A stretch of DNA of 63,917 nt, counting the filler, from Craspedostauros australis (lineage: Eukaryota), in the NCBI GenBank assembly GCA_030167865.1. It is 10 parts of 10 records of this genome, joined end to end, with 100 filler letters (N's around TTAATTAATTAA, not from the genome) between each part and the next. Parts side by side here need not be neighbours in the genome. Positions count along the whole stretch, not along the records: positions 32,246 to 43,935 come from JALAGF010005641.1; positions 44,036 to 49,204 come from JALAGF010005643.1; positions 49,305 to 51,359 come from JALAGF010005644.1; 7 more parts are not named here. One strand, given 5' to 3'. Position 1 is the first letter of the stretch; the number at the start of each line of letters is the position of its first letter. The notes under the pieces were generated by a model that was not told the origin of the DNA, ran no database searches, and worked only from the letters and a program-made list of their open reading frames with translations. Shown piece by piece: positions 38,403 through 51,459 of this stretch. Position numbers and translations under genes: made by a program.

Positions 38403-39939
38403 TGTTGGAGATCCGGGGTTATAGTATGAATCTAATCTGTTGTTAGATCATACCATTTTAGAACTGTGAGAACAAACTCCTTGACTCTCTTCAATTCCAA
38501 TTCAACAGCAAGCATAGTCCATAGCAGTTCACCATGGTCATGCACTTGTCCGTGGTTGCTTTCATCTGCTTCATCATCTTGCTCTCATGTGTCGAGATGT
38601 ACATGCGAGTATATGTGCATCGTTCACCCGTTATTCTCTCATACGCACTTGGACGGTATAACTACACTCGTGTCGATAGTATGCTGGGATTCGTCAGAAT
38701 TACAGCGGAAATGGAACACATGAAAAGGGGCAAGATTTCTGGAGGAAATTTNNNNNNNNNNNNNNNNNNNNNNNNNNNNNNNNNNNNNNNNNNNNNNNNN
38801 NNNNNNNNNNNNNNNNNNNNNNNNNNNNNNNNNNNNNNNNNNNNNNNNNNNNNNNNNNNNNNNNNNNNNNNNNNNNNNNNNNNNNNNNNNNNNNNNGCCT
38901 ACTGACGTCGACAGGATGTCAACATGTCACCACGTCGACATCTGTCTCCAAGTCAGAGCAGGAGGCGAAGATCCGATGACTGAAGGACATCAGCATCATG
39001 GATACAGAAGGTGAACTTCAAATGGTAAGTACTCATGGAGTAGGAGCCAGTACTGAATGAACGGAGTGTCGAATGCGGAGTACGCATCGAACTCGGAGTA
39101 TCGTGTAACACGAGTACACGATGTAGAGAGAGAGAGAATACAGAGAGGAGCGAGAGAGGATCTCGCGTACCGACTCATAGTCGGAGACCGAATCTACGAA
39201 ACAGATTGAAGCGCCGAGAGCATCGGNNNNNNNNNNNNNNNNNNNNNNNNNNNNNNNNNNNNNCCAAGTAATGAAATAGCAAACGAACGACTATCAACCA
39301 ACACCATCTTCCACGATCGTAGGTTACCGTGAGCGGAACTTGCCAACACTCATGCTCTCTCTCCTGCAGATTCATCATGCATTCCTGTAGTGTCATGCCT
39401 CTTCTACATTCGAGCTGCATTTTTCATAGTCACATGGGTACCTTCAGCATGGGTCTCAGACCGATCGATCCCACATCATCCTCGATTCCTCAGTATTCTT
39501 CGTATGCCACCATCACTCATCCAGTGGTCATGTTTGATTGATATTGCATCGTCATTCGTGCTCTTGGGTGATTGCAAGATTGCCTCCATTTCTCCTTCTC
39601 ATTGTTTCTCCCATTGGGGTGACTTCTTGTCCGTCGATGCACGTTGACATGCTTGGGACTTATCGACAGTATCGCACATAGTCTTGGCTCATGTGCGAAT
39701 ACATCCCTAGTGGTTGAACCATAGGTTCGCCCTCATTTCAGCAGTGGTACATGGACAGACTCCATGGCAGGACATGACTGTGATTGGTGTCAGTCACTGA
39801 TGGAAGAGTGACAAGGGACAAGCTACAAGGTGGTCCAAGTATGATCAACAAGAGTCGATCTTGTTCAGTCGTGAAGATATTGTTGGGAGGTGCGGCAATC
39901 ATGGGTATCTTGACAAAGTTGTACCCCTGATTCCTGACA
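38403..39939 (-). mobile_element. Inverted LTR family A copy hosting a nested family B LTR
   Basis: Plus strand reads TGTTGGAGATCCGGGG...GGGAGGTGCGGCAAT...GATTCCTGACA. Confidence 0.75.
38590..39348 (+). mobile_element. Solo LTR family B with perfect 6-bp TSD CTCATG
   Basis: CTCATG|TGTCGAGA...GAACTTGCCAACA|CTCATG. Confidence 0.85.
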
Positions 39940-40761
39940 CAAGCACGTTTCACTTTGACAACGTTCTGCCAAACGTGCTCTTTCGTGTGTCCCGAAATGA
40001 CATTCTTTTTCCTACCAATCTGTGAAAGCCGCCGAAAAGGCGAATTCAACCTGTTCGTCACAACTGGCGGAGAAGCGTTCGCATCAACAAAATGTCCTTG
40101 AATGGTCACATCATTCCGTCCGTTGACGACGCTGTGGACGCAAACGTCGGAAAACAGTCGTGGGGGTCTCACAAAAGACCAAAGTTGACAGGGTCAGCGC
40201 ACACTGACCAGAAGTTGCCACGACCGAGTCGTAGAACGCTTGCCTTCACCTCCGCGGAATTTAGCCGAACAAGCTCCGACTTGGTTCGGTCGTGGATCTT
40301 GAGGTGGGTATATCGATTGGGGAATGCAGTGCGATGATTCATTCTGTGCTCTCTTGCCCATCTTGTGGCTTGCACTTGTCTGAACGTACGATAGATGTGC
40401 TCGACGAGGTCTCAGCTGTGTGCAAGAGTGATTGGCTCTTTGGCCCCCACTGAAGGATGCGGGAAAGTTAGGCTCGTCGATACAAAAGTACGGAATGGTT
40501 TGGATGTCACTCAGAACTTGATGCTCTGAGGATGTCGCCACAAGCAAGTGAACCTTCTCGGGCAGATCGCAAACGAATTGAAGGAGAATACAAAGCGGAT
40601 GTTTTCGGTAAGGGAGCAGCTTTCCACACCGATGAAGTTCACGAGGGCGGGGAAGTCTCGAAACCTCCGGTGCCATAACTCTCCCAAAAACTACCAGTTC
40701 ATGGGTGGACATGTGTCCGTATCCGACCTTGGCGACGACATGCCAGAGAGTTTGCCGAATC

Positions 40762-40823
40762 CGCTTTGCCTTCCCCTGAAAGCGCTTTGCCTTCCCCTGA
40801 AAGCGCTTTGCCTTCCCCTGAAA
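40762..40823. repeat. 21-bp tandem repeat CGCTTTGCCTTCCCCTGAAAG x3
   Basis: Direct inspection. Confidence 0.9.
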
Positions 40824-41320
40824 CTGCTTCGGGAATGCCACACAGTGTCAGCAACGAAGAGGAACTTATTACGCATACTCGGAAGGTTTGAGCGGTGGTA
40901 GCGTAATCGACACAACTTGCGACATCTCTTTTGTTTGGTCGCTCACAAATGTAATAGAATACTGGAAAAGAGGAAGCAACACACACCCGCGCGCACGCAC
41001 ACAAACGCACACAAACACACGCACACAAACACACGCACACAAACACAAACACACGCACACAAACACACGCACACAAACACACGCACAGAGAGGAAGAGAG
41101 AGAGAGAGAGAGACGCACATTCAAACATAAAAAAGAGACGCAGAGAAAAGCAAAGAAAGGCAAGCAAACGAACCAAAAGCATCACGAACAAGACCAACAC
41201 AAAACAGGCCGCGCGTATTGCAAAGAAAGCACGCGCTAATTCAACGACGCCGCCGCCGCCGACGACGACGACACCATCAATCAAGAGATCGAGACAACGT
41301 CGAAGAAGCGAGGGGTCAAG

Positions 41321-43935
41321 ATGTCAGGGAGTATCGATGAACCTGCCGATTGCAATCGACATGGCTTCATGTTCAACGAATCTATTACCGTGGCACCGAG
41401 CCAAGGTACGGACTCTGTGTCCGACGAGGGCGATGAGGTTCAGGCAGTGCGCAATGCCGCCAGAAAAGATACACTGAACATTCGGTTGTGGAGGCTGATG
41501 GTAACCGGCGCTCTCCTCGCAACAGCAGTCACGGTCACCTGGACCACATACAGAGTAAGTTGTGTCCAAGAATGTGTGGGCTCGCGATCTCAAATGCGAG
41601 AGATACGAATGCTCACACGGCTGGAGGTTTGGGTTGGTGGCCTGTCGATGATTCATCTTCACCCACGACTATGTACAGCATCCATCATCAGTGTCTTCAT
41701 TGGTGTTATCCTGGTGTTATCTTTGGCGTTATCATCAACATCGATCTTGACTTTGTCGATGTTGATGCCTGATGCCTGATCTCAACCGGCACCATCTCGA
41801 TGCTTGTCGTTCATGCACTAACCTCACCATCGGTCTGTTTCGCCATTGCTGCACACCCTCACACCAACCTGCCCCGCATGCTCCTCCCACCAGTTCCTCC
41901 AAGATGAACAGGACGAGAACTTCGACGCCGCCGTAAGTATGCCGCCCAGAAGTCTTTCCCTCCGAGGATACCAACTTCCAAGTCCGTGGGCAAAACAGTC
42001 CACCAGATTCCCTCCTGGTCAAGCGTCTCCCCGTGCTCTATGGCAAAGCGACATCTCACCTCTCCTCTCTTCATCACGGCAACCATCACTCATCCATCTC
42101 AATCCTTCCTTGTCTACGACTAAACCTCTCCGGCTGTCGAACTGCTGTGCGCCATCGTACCACCAATTCGCATCAATCGATCGTTTGGACGCTCATGCGC
42201 ACAGTTCAAGCAATTCTCCAAAACAGTCGGAGATGCTGCTGTCGACCAACAACAAGCTCTCCGCATGGGGTACAGGGGACTGGCGAACTCAATAACAGCG
42301 GCGGCACAGGTCACCAACCAAACATGGCCATTCGTATCCATCGAATACTACGTAACATTTGCCCAGACTTTCCTGGAGCAAACGCCCATGGAAGTCGTTG
42401 CCTGTCTTCATCGTGTGGAGCACGACCAGCTGGAGGAGTGGGTCAGTTACACCACCGAGACACACGAAAAAATGATCCAAGGTGACCACATCGAACAAAA
42501 CGGAAACCTGGACAAACTGAAGCCAGTTGGCTTTCACTCGTACGTCACGCGCCCGTCCCCCGCTGGTTTCGTGGAGGACATCAAGCGTGACTACTACTTC
42601 CCGCTCTGGGAGAACGCTCCAGCAACTTTCACCTACGGCTTCGTGAACTGGAACGCATTCTCCATACCTGACTATGATCTGGTGTCCAAAGCAATCTTCG
42701 CGCTCAAGAACCAAACCATCATTTCAAACGTCCGCAAGTACATTGGAGCAGGCATCGGCTTTACACAAGAAGAGCACGAGGTCATGCATGCCAAACTGAA
42801 AGATTCCAGCACCGAACATCCACACAGCTTCGCGTTCCACCCAGTCCACGAGAAAGTTGGAGACTACAACTCCAAAATCGTCGCTGTGTTGGGTGGCGGA
42901 GCTGCATGGGACGCTGCACTGAAGGATCTACTCCCTTCCAACGTCAAGGGCTTCTACGCTGTCATCAAGAACGACTGCAACCAATCCTACACCTATGTCA
43001 TCAATGGCGGTGATGCCATCTTCGAGGGAAACGGTAAGCGTTGTCGCTCGCTTCGCCTCCATGCCATTCGCTTCACTCTTCACAAAGCGCCTTCACATTT
43101 GTTCGCCACGTCACGCTCCCCGTACGTGTGTGCCCTGGGGTGCTTCACGCGATCTCGCTCAAACGTATGCTTGCTTCTCTTTCTACCATCCTCACTCTCT
43201 TCGTGTCTTCTGCTTCCTCAATCTTTGATCTACGTTTTCCATCCCCCATTCTTCGTACACGACCACCAGGTGATCTGCATGACACAAAGTACGACAGCTA
43301 CGAACGAAAGGTCGACCTTGCCCTCAATGATCATGCAGACTTCGCAACCACCCCAGGACACTGCCAGTACTCAATGTTCCTCTACCCCTCCCGCGACTTC
43401 CAGCAACCATACGACAAGTTCACTCCGGAGATATTCGCCATCATCGTGTGCTGTACATTCGTCTTCGTTGCGGTCGTCTTCTTCATCTACGACCTCTTCG
43501 TCTACCGCCGCAACGAAAGACTGGTCGAGAATGCGGCCAAGTCCAACGCCATCGTCTCGTCCCTCTTCCCGCGAAACATCCGCGATCGACTCATCACCAA
43601 CAGTCAGGCAGGAAAAAACAAGGGCGTTGCCAGCCAAATCTCCGGCCTCAAGAGCTTCCTGGCCGGAGACATTGAGGGTTCTGGCATGGACTCACGTCCC
43701 ATGGCTGATCTGTTCCTTGACACGACGATCCTGTTCGCGGATATCGCAGGCTTCACCGCCTGGAGCTCCGTCCGTGAGCCATCCCAGGTGTTCACGTTCC
43801 TGGAGAAGATCTTCTCTTCCTTCGATCAGATCGCCAAGGCCCGTCGTGTGTTCAAGGTCGAGACCGTCGGTGACTGCTACGTCGCCGCCACCGGCATCCC
43901 TGATCCGCGAAAGGATCATGCCGTGGTGATGGTCC
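41321..43935 (+). CDS. Receptor-type class III adenylate/guanylate cyclase, 3' end lost in gap; exons 41321-41554, 41894-41932, 42205-43033 and 43270-43935
   Basis: Two TM helices flank an extracellular sensor region. Cyclase motifs TILFADIAGFT and FKVETVGDCYVA. All three GT-AG introns splice in frame. Confidence 0.92.
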
Positions 43936-44035
43936 NNNNNNNNNNNNNNNNNNNNNNNNNNNNNNNNNNNNNNNNNNNNTTAATTAATTAANNNNNNNNN
44001 NNNNNNNNNNNNNNNNNNNNNNNNNNNNNNNNNNN

Positions 44036-46265
44036 CGCCAAAACCATCATTTGTAACTCTGCCAAGCCATCCTGCCGCGAAGCCATCACCGCCGTCAAGG
44101 AATCTGCAGAGTTGCAGAATTTCTTCGGATGTGCAGGAGACCTCGGTGAAGGAGCTGCTCGCAAGCTCTTCCACAAGTACGCAACAGACACTGTGCTCGC
44201 TGAGCAACTCACGATGATCGCCTCCACTAGCGCGACCCTCGTCACAGAACGTCCGGATGCCATGAAGGCAGCATGCGCGGCCATCGCTGCGATGCAATCG
44301 CCTGCCGTCGCAGACCCATGCTGCCAAGGATCGTCTGGGTGCACTTCGGTCACCGGTTCCGCCTCCAACTCTCCTCCATTCATGACTGTTGCGATCACGG
44401 CATGCACCGGTGATAGCGCATGCAAGGATATGGGCCCTAATCCCCTCATCCTCGATTCCTCCTGCACTGGCGAGAGTGCATGCGAATTGATGAATGAGAA
44501 CGAGATCAACCCGTCCATTACTGGAGTCACCTTCGTGGGTGAGATGGCATGCACCACCCCTCAATCTTGTGAGGGAGTGGGACGCCGTTCTCATGGTGAT
44601 GTCACCATCCAGACCGGTGCATGCGTTGGATCAGAGGCATGCAATTCCGCTGGACGCCGCGTCGTGCAGAAGGCACCATCATATCGCTTCCGCAGCCATA
44701 TCGACATTGGTGAGAATGCGTGCGTTGGCAGCAGTGCCTGCAAGGATGCCCATTCAACCGTCAACCATGATACTGCTGGCAAGTCGGCAGGCAGTCTGAC
44801 CATTGGTGCTGGTGGTTGCGCTGCCGATGGGTCATGCGAGAAGATGGGCTTCAGTGACAGGATGAGAACGGACATCATCGTCCCGCCTGGTGGATGCGGC
44901 AGTGTCGAAGGCTGCAAGGGATGCATGACGAAGACGGAGTGTAACTCCGACGAAGTCTACATCATCAGCGATGTCGACGGAGCCTGCCCTAAGGGAGGCA
45001 GCAGCTCTGGGGGCAATCCTACTGGTGACAAGGTGGATGAGTATTGCATTGGCAAGGACACCTTGCCCACAGACTGTCCAACCTTTTCTCCAACTCCTTT
45101 CCCAACACCTGTCACATCACCTCCCACATCAGCTCCGACATCACCTCCCACATCAACCCCAACATCACCTCCCACATCAGCCCCGACAGCTCCCACATCA
45201 GCCCCGACATCAGCTCCAACTCTCCCCCCGGCATCCCTCACTGTCGGATGTCTTGAGATACCGGGTGACGAAACATCATCGTTCAATTCCGTCACTGGCG
45301 ATGTATTGTGCGAGGGTGCAACAGGCACATGCGCGGACTTCGTCTCCATGGTTGATGCTCTGGCTGATGAGAAGCACAACATGATCAGGAGCATCTTTGG
45401 ATGCAATGATGCAGACCCTCCACAGCCCGTGACGTTGGAAGTGGCACAGGAACGCTTTGATAAGATCAGGAACGACGAAAGTGTAACCAAGGCATTGTTG
45501 GTGATCGTGGAGGAGAACAGAAAGCTCTTCACCGGGAGCGGGACTGTGGTGACGAAGGCATGCAATGGTTTATGCTGCAGGGACAGTAATTCTTGCACCG
45601 TTCTCCCTGCTGATGGCGGTGTCATGACGGTGAGTTTAGGGTCATGTACCGGAACTAAAGCATGCAGATTCACACGTCCCAACGCAATCATACTTGACAG
45701 TTGCAAGGGAGAACGAGCTTGCCTTGAGTTGGGCAATTTCTCTCCAGATGAGCCAGCTGCTGGTGTCGAAGTCGGATTCAGGGTGATCGGACCAGGAGCT
45801 TGTGGTGGAGACTTCAGTTGCATCATAATGGGAGCAAATATGTTTGGAGATATACGAGTGGAAGAAGGAGCATGCAATACAAAGAATGCATGCAGTGACG
45901 TTGCGAACCGCAAAAACCAAGGGCCTGCAACCATGACACCGATCGTGGCAAGTGTCTTCATTGGAAAGAATGCGTGCAAAGGGGAGTCCGCTTGCGAGCT
46001 TGTGCATACCTCACAGACCAAATCTGCAGGAAGCTTGACCATCGAAGACGGTGCGTGCTCGGGCGAATCCACGTGCCAGCAGCTTGGCGAAAGTGATAGC
46101 GCAACCAATGACATCATCATCAGAGCAAACGTGTGCACGTCAGCTGCCACCTGTACAAGCTGCGCCAGAGGACCATTGTGCGCGTCAGAGACAGAAACGT
46201 ACGTCATCGACGACGCAGCCACAGACTGCTCTGGTCCATTCCAATCTGCCTGTGAAGTTGTCTAA
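44036..46265 (+). CDS. Cys-rich repetitive extracellular protein with Pro/Thr/Ser linker, 5' end lost in gap
   Basis: Long ORF with repeated xACxGxxAC motifs in two homologous halves separated by (PTSAPTSP)n. Confidence 0.8.
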
Positions 46266-47208
46266 GAGCCACCCGGGCGAGTCGACCTGCACTTTGAAAT
46301 GAACCTCCTCACTTTGTTCCTGGGATTTCCAAACTAAGAACATATTCGTAATCCTCGTAGATCTAAAACATATGCTGATCCATTACAGTTCTACGGTTGG
46401 TCCTATTTTAAGTTTTATGGGCCGATGGATGTGCATATTTTTTATCTCTTTCGGGTTTCAGCGGTTCGAGTCCGACTACATCGATTAAGTTTAACGCGTT
46501 ACTGTTCTTTGTTTCAGCGAGTTTGTTCCCATTTTGAATTGCTTACTACTCCGCTCGGACAAGTTTGCTGTGGGACATGAGTTGGGACTGTCATTAACGG
46601 TAAAGGGTTAAGTTGGAAGCTGCGGTAAACCCTGCTACTGTTATTCCCAATACTCCTTCCCGAGTGCTGCACGCTTGCAACCACGTCATCAACAGACTCT
46701 TTTTTAGAGAGTTATCGCTGGTAACTTGAAGCCATCCCCTGAAACTGTCGATGTGACGCGATTTGGGACGCCTCCCCCCAAGGTTCGCTGTGACATTGAA
46801 TCTTGGAAGGACNNNNNNNNNNNNNNNNNNNNNNNNNNNNNNNNNNNNNNNNNNNNNNNNNNCCATCCCCTGAAACTGTCGATGTGACGCGATTTGGGAC
46901 GCCTCCCCCCAAGGTTCGCTGTGACATTGAATCTTGGAAGGACTGAAGTAAATCAAAGTGATCGTACGATGACGTCATCAAAGTTGTCTAGCCTTATCCA
47001 TGTTTTCGAGTAGCCTGCCTTGGCGCGAGATTCTCACAAGAGGAAGTTCGTTCCTCTCCACTTGTCCTTTCCGTTTACAACGAACAAAACACAATGTTCA
47101 ACTCTTCCACCTGCATGTTCGTGCTTGTTCGTATCTTTGCCTCCTCTTCCGTTTCAGTGTCTCTGCCATGTTGATCATATGCACCACTTGCCTCGCATGT
47201 GTTCTCAC

Positions 47209-47988
47209 AATGGACTTCTCCGAAAGATGTCTCAACGCGTGTGGAATTGCTTGCCCAAGCGCGAAGCCTGCGCAGAGGCAAGGGCCAGATTCGTACGTGC
47301 CGCTACATGGCTAGCTCAGCTTCCAATAGATGATCTTGACGATGACGACATGGAGGATCTCCTTCTGCACTTCCGCGATGTGCTTGCCCTTGATGTGCAC
47401 ACGCTACGACTACAGCATCAATACCTTCTTCCACTGGATCCTCCCCGGATTCATAGCAATCGCGGTGTCACAATTCGTCAGCTGTCAGAGAGGGATGCTC
47501 TGAAACACTTCCAGTTTCGGAAGGACCACCTGCGTCGAATCCTCGTCGCGCTTTGGCCAAAATTCAATGCTGTGTCTGGTGAGGCCGATCTCAGATCTAT
47601 ACAGGTGAAGAATTGCTTGGCTGTGTCCTTCGAGGTTGGTGTTTTGATCATGCTGTATCGATTGGCTCATCGAGATCGATTGATTGACATGGAGGATCGC
47701 TTTGATATGGATATCAACAGGCTTTCTTGTATTTGTTCCACCTTCTTTCTTTACTTCTATGAAATCGCGGCACCATACCTGAGTGACATTGGGCTGTTCT
47801 ACCCTCACTTTCAGCAGTACACTGACAATGTCTGCATGCTCACAAACCAATTGGTCAACAATGTCATCGGCTTCGTCGACGGGACGTTCTCTGCAACGTG
47901 CCGACCAACTTACAACCAAGAATTGGCGTATTCTGGGCACAAGCATCTGCATGGAGTGAAGTTCCAAGGGATTGTTGGTGCATATTAG
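47209..47988 (+). mobile_element. PIF/Harbinger (IS5-like, HARBI1-type) DDE transposase fragment, 3'-truncated
   Basis: KHFQFRK...ILMLYRL-type HTH region, then IGFVDGT...YSGHKHLHGVKFQGIV, stopping before the second Asp. Confidence 0.85.
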
Positions 47989-48938
47989 CGCACGCTAAAT
48001 CTCTAACAATAGCGACACCCGTCGACCAATCAGAAATCTTCACTTTTCTTACTTTTTCCGTTCCGAACGGAAATTTTGGTCGAAAATCCGTTGTGTCAGA
48101 TTTGTGTCGCATTTCGCGTCGCAAGAATCGTTTTCCCTCAATCACAGATCCAAAAATGTCGTGGAAATAGATTTCTTGCCAAGATGAGCCAATCTGCCCA
48201 ATCAGGACAGACTTGGATCTTGGGTGTGACACGTGCGAATCTTGCCCTGACCTTCTCAAGTGAATACGATCAATCGTGTGATCGTACTACTAGCAACATC
48301 GTGAGAAAACGTAATTTACAACACGGGCTATCGCGGCGTTTTGTTCATTGACTTTTGCACCTCATCTTCATGCAGTAACACGCACATTTGTCGTGTTGTC
48401 TCCGTGTTATTTTTACTTGCAATTGCATGAGATCATGTCATGCCTCTCTCATGCTCACAGTTCNNNNNNNNNNNNNNNNNNNNNNNNNNNNNNNNNNNNN
48501 NNNNNNNNNNNNNNNNNNNNNNNNNNNNNNNNNNNNNNNNNNNNNNNNNNNNNNNNNNNNNNNNNNNNNNNNNNNNNNNNNNNNNNNNNNNNNNNNNNNN
48601 NNNCGTTCTAACAGATTAACAGTCGCAAGCTTTCACCTACTGAATTGATTGCGTGACAATCCATCCATCCTTCATCCCTCGTCCATCCCACGAGCGATCC
48701 CTTCACCTTCCATCACGTGACGACGTGATTTCGGCTTCCCTTCGGCTTTCTCACATCCGCAGAACGCCCTCCTTTCGGTTCCCCTGCTGAGTTCGGGTCT
48801 TCCCACTCAGCCATCCAAGACTTCCTGCAGCACCCTCCCGCACCAGAAGACGATTCAGTCAGTGCACTCCAGCCTCGGCTACCCTTCANNNNNNNNNNNN
48901 NNNNNNNNNNNNNNNNNNNNNNNNNNNNNNNNNNNATC

Positions 48939-49204
48939 ATGTCGACTCCTGAGATGGACCTCGCCACCCTGGATCACATCCTCGGTGTCATTGGCATTCC
49001 TTTGGACTCCACTCCTCGCGATATCATCGCCCATGCGGACATTGTCAGCCCTCTTGACCTTGTCTCGCTCACCGAAGATGATCTTCGCAGCTTCCAACTT
49101 TGCGATGATACCGAAGATGACGAAACCATCGTCGCCGTACTCGGAGTGAACCACATCCGCAAGATCCTCAACCTTGGCAAGTGGTATCTCACCCAAGCCA
49201 TCCT
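48939..49204 (+). mobile_element. Possible gag N-terminus of a further copia element downstream of an LTR-like stretch (~48400-48657)
   Basis: ORF start LDHILGVIG...LDLVSLTEDDL...KILNLGKW runs into a gap. The upstream CTCACAGTTC motif is shared with family A LTRs. Confidence 0.35.
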
Positions 49205-49304
49205 NNNNNNNNNNNNNNNNNNNNNNNNNNNNNNNNNNNNNNNNNNNNTTAATTAATTAANNNNNNNNNNNNNNNNNNNNNNNNNNNNNNNNNNNNNNNN
49301 NNNN

Positions 49305-50462
49305 TAGCAAACAGACGACTATCAACCAACACCATCTTCCACGATCGTAGGTTACCGTGAGCGGAACTTGCCAACACGTTTATAAACGTTAGATCAGGGC
49401 GAGCCCGCGGATCGGATCGTGCGAGGAAGACGAACGTCATTCAGGAGCAGCAGACTGAATGAGCGAGGAAGAGGAATTGAAAGACATCCCTCTGTCCCAA
49501 CTAGCTATCAAGCAAGAAGAAGGTGCGAGTGAGACTCTACTTCAAGAACAGAAGGAAGCAGCCGTGGCTACTGTCCTATCAGGCGCAGACGCAAGCGCGA
49601 TCGACGAGACCAAAGAAGAATGGTCTACAAGACTACACCGCGAGGAGAAGAGGATTCTCAAGGCGGTCAAGCAAGAGGAGACTGGTGTGACGGAGAGCAT
49701 TCGCACAGCCAAACAGAGTGGGAAAAGTGAGACACCACCAGGAGGAGAATTTGTGAGCAAATCAATCCTCGCGAAACAACAAGCGAAAATCGAAGAATCG
49801 GCAACACAGAAACAGACGGAAATCAAGGGCGCGAGCGCACCAACAACGAAACAACGAATCAGCATGGCGACATCAGCCAACATGAACAAGCGACGCATCA
49901 AGGCGCCGATGTTCAGCGGTGAACAGGAAGACTACAGCGCATGGGAGTCCCAAGCGAAGGCATACGCTCGTGCACAGAAGACGAGAGACGTGATGTTAGG
50001 GAAGACCAAGGTCCCAACAGTGAGTGAGATCGCGGCAGCCACCGGCAAGGCCAAGGAAGCGATGGAAGAGATCTACGAGCTGGGATGCGACTGCTTCAGT
50101 GATCTGATCCTCATGATGGATGCAGAGAAAGGAAAGGGCAAGCAAGCCATCCAGTACATCAACCAATGCGTCTCCGACGACTACCCCGAAGGAGATCCAC
50201 ACGGAGCGTGGAACGTTCTCGCGGAGAAGTTCCGTCCATCCGACGCAGCAACGAAAATCAAACTCAAGCGTCAGTTCAACAACGAAAAGATGAAGAGAGA
50301 CTCGGACCCCAACATCTACATCACACGACTCGAGGGCCTACGATCGCGTCTCCACGATGTCAAGTACACGATTACAGACGAAGAGATGATCATGCAGATC
50401 CTCAGCACGGTGAGCGTGGAATACAGAACCCACATCGTGAACTTCCAACATCAACTCACGTT
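49305..50462 (+). mobile_element. 3' end of family B LTR (ends 49376) followed by copia family 2 gag (49459-50462), truncated by a family A LTR
   Basis: GAACTTGCCAACA at 49376. Gag motifs PMFSGEQEDYSAW and AWNVLAEKF...YITRLEGLR; near-identical to the minus-strand ORF starting at 62410. Confidence 0.85.
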
Positions 50463-51203
50463 TGTTAGGAATTGAGGGTACGACTTTGTCGGAATACCCG
50501 TAATTGCCGCACCTCCCAACATTGTTCGTCACAGCTTTGAATNNNNNNNNNNNNNNNNNNNNNNNNNNNNNNNNNNNNNNNNNNNNNNNNNNNNNNNNNN
50601 NNNNNNNNNNNNNNNNNNNNNNNNNNNNNNNNNNNNNNNNNNNNNNNNNNNNNNNNNNNNNNNNNNNNNNNNNNNNNNNNNNNNNNNNNNNNNNNNNNNN
50701 NNNNNNNCGCCAACCATGGCAACCATCCAGACGACGACGTCGATCAGAACAGCATGTCCATGGGCAGGTGACGCACCTTCTTCAGAGGACATCACATGCC
50801 TCCCCTGCGGACAAGAACATCTGCAGGTTTGGAACATCAGAAAGGATCAGAATATCCGCAGGTTTGGAACATCACCAAAGGTGACATCGATCATGAGACG
50901 ATGGTGTCATGAGAATCAACGACGGAAACATGAGATAGGCAAGTGCTCAAGACTGCAGATCCCTACCACGCAAGCGTAGACAGCTACGACAATGCAGAGA
51001 CAAGGAAGCAAGAACAGAGCATGATGAACGAAGAGGGAAGCACCTAAGAGACAACAGGATGCCCNGTGTCGTTACCGCGACAGATGCCTGTCAAGAAAAC
51101 GANATCNGAAGAGAAAGTGAGATTGTGCTCACAGTTCTAAAACGGTACAGTTTCTAACAGCAGATTAGAACTTAGTACTAACTATAACCCCGGATTTCCA
51201 ACA
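50463..51203 (+). mobile_element. LTR family A copy
   Basis: TGTTAGGAATTGAGGG...CCCCGGATTTCCAACA. Confidence 0.85.
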
Positions 51204-51459
51204 GTAGTATACCATACGACCTACCATACCTTGCCACAAGGATGTGGTGGATGATTGGGGGGTGTTGTGTTGGTATGTGTGTGGGGAGGGCGGCATTCTG
51301 CGACAAGCGCAAAAACACCTAGTCAAAAATTATAGACAGACTTGGTACTAGTGCACCAANNNNNNNNNNNNNNNNNNNNNNNNNNNNNNNNNNNNNNNNN
51401 NNNTTAATTAATTAANNNNNNNNNNNNNNNNNNNNNNNNNNNNNNNNNNNNNNNNNNNN

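Noticed and set aside
40699..41477. Cys/Val- and His/Thr-rich ORFs
   Set aside because: They are products of (CA)n-type and (AG)n microsatellites upstream of the cyclase gene.
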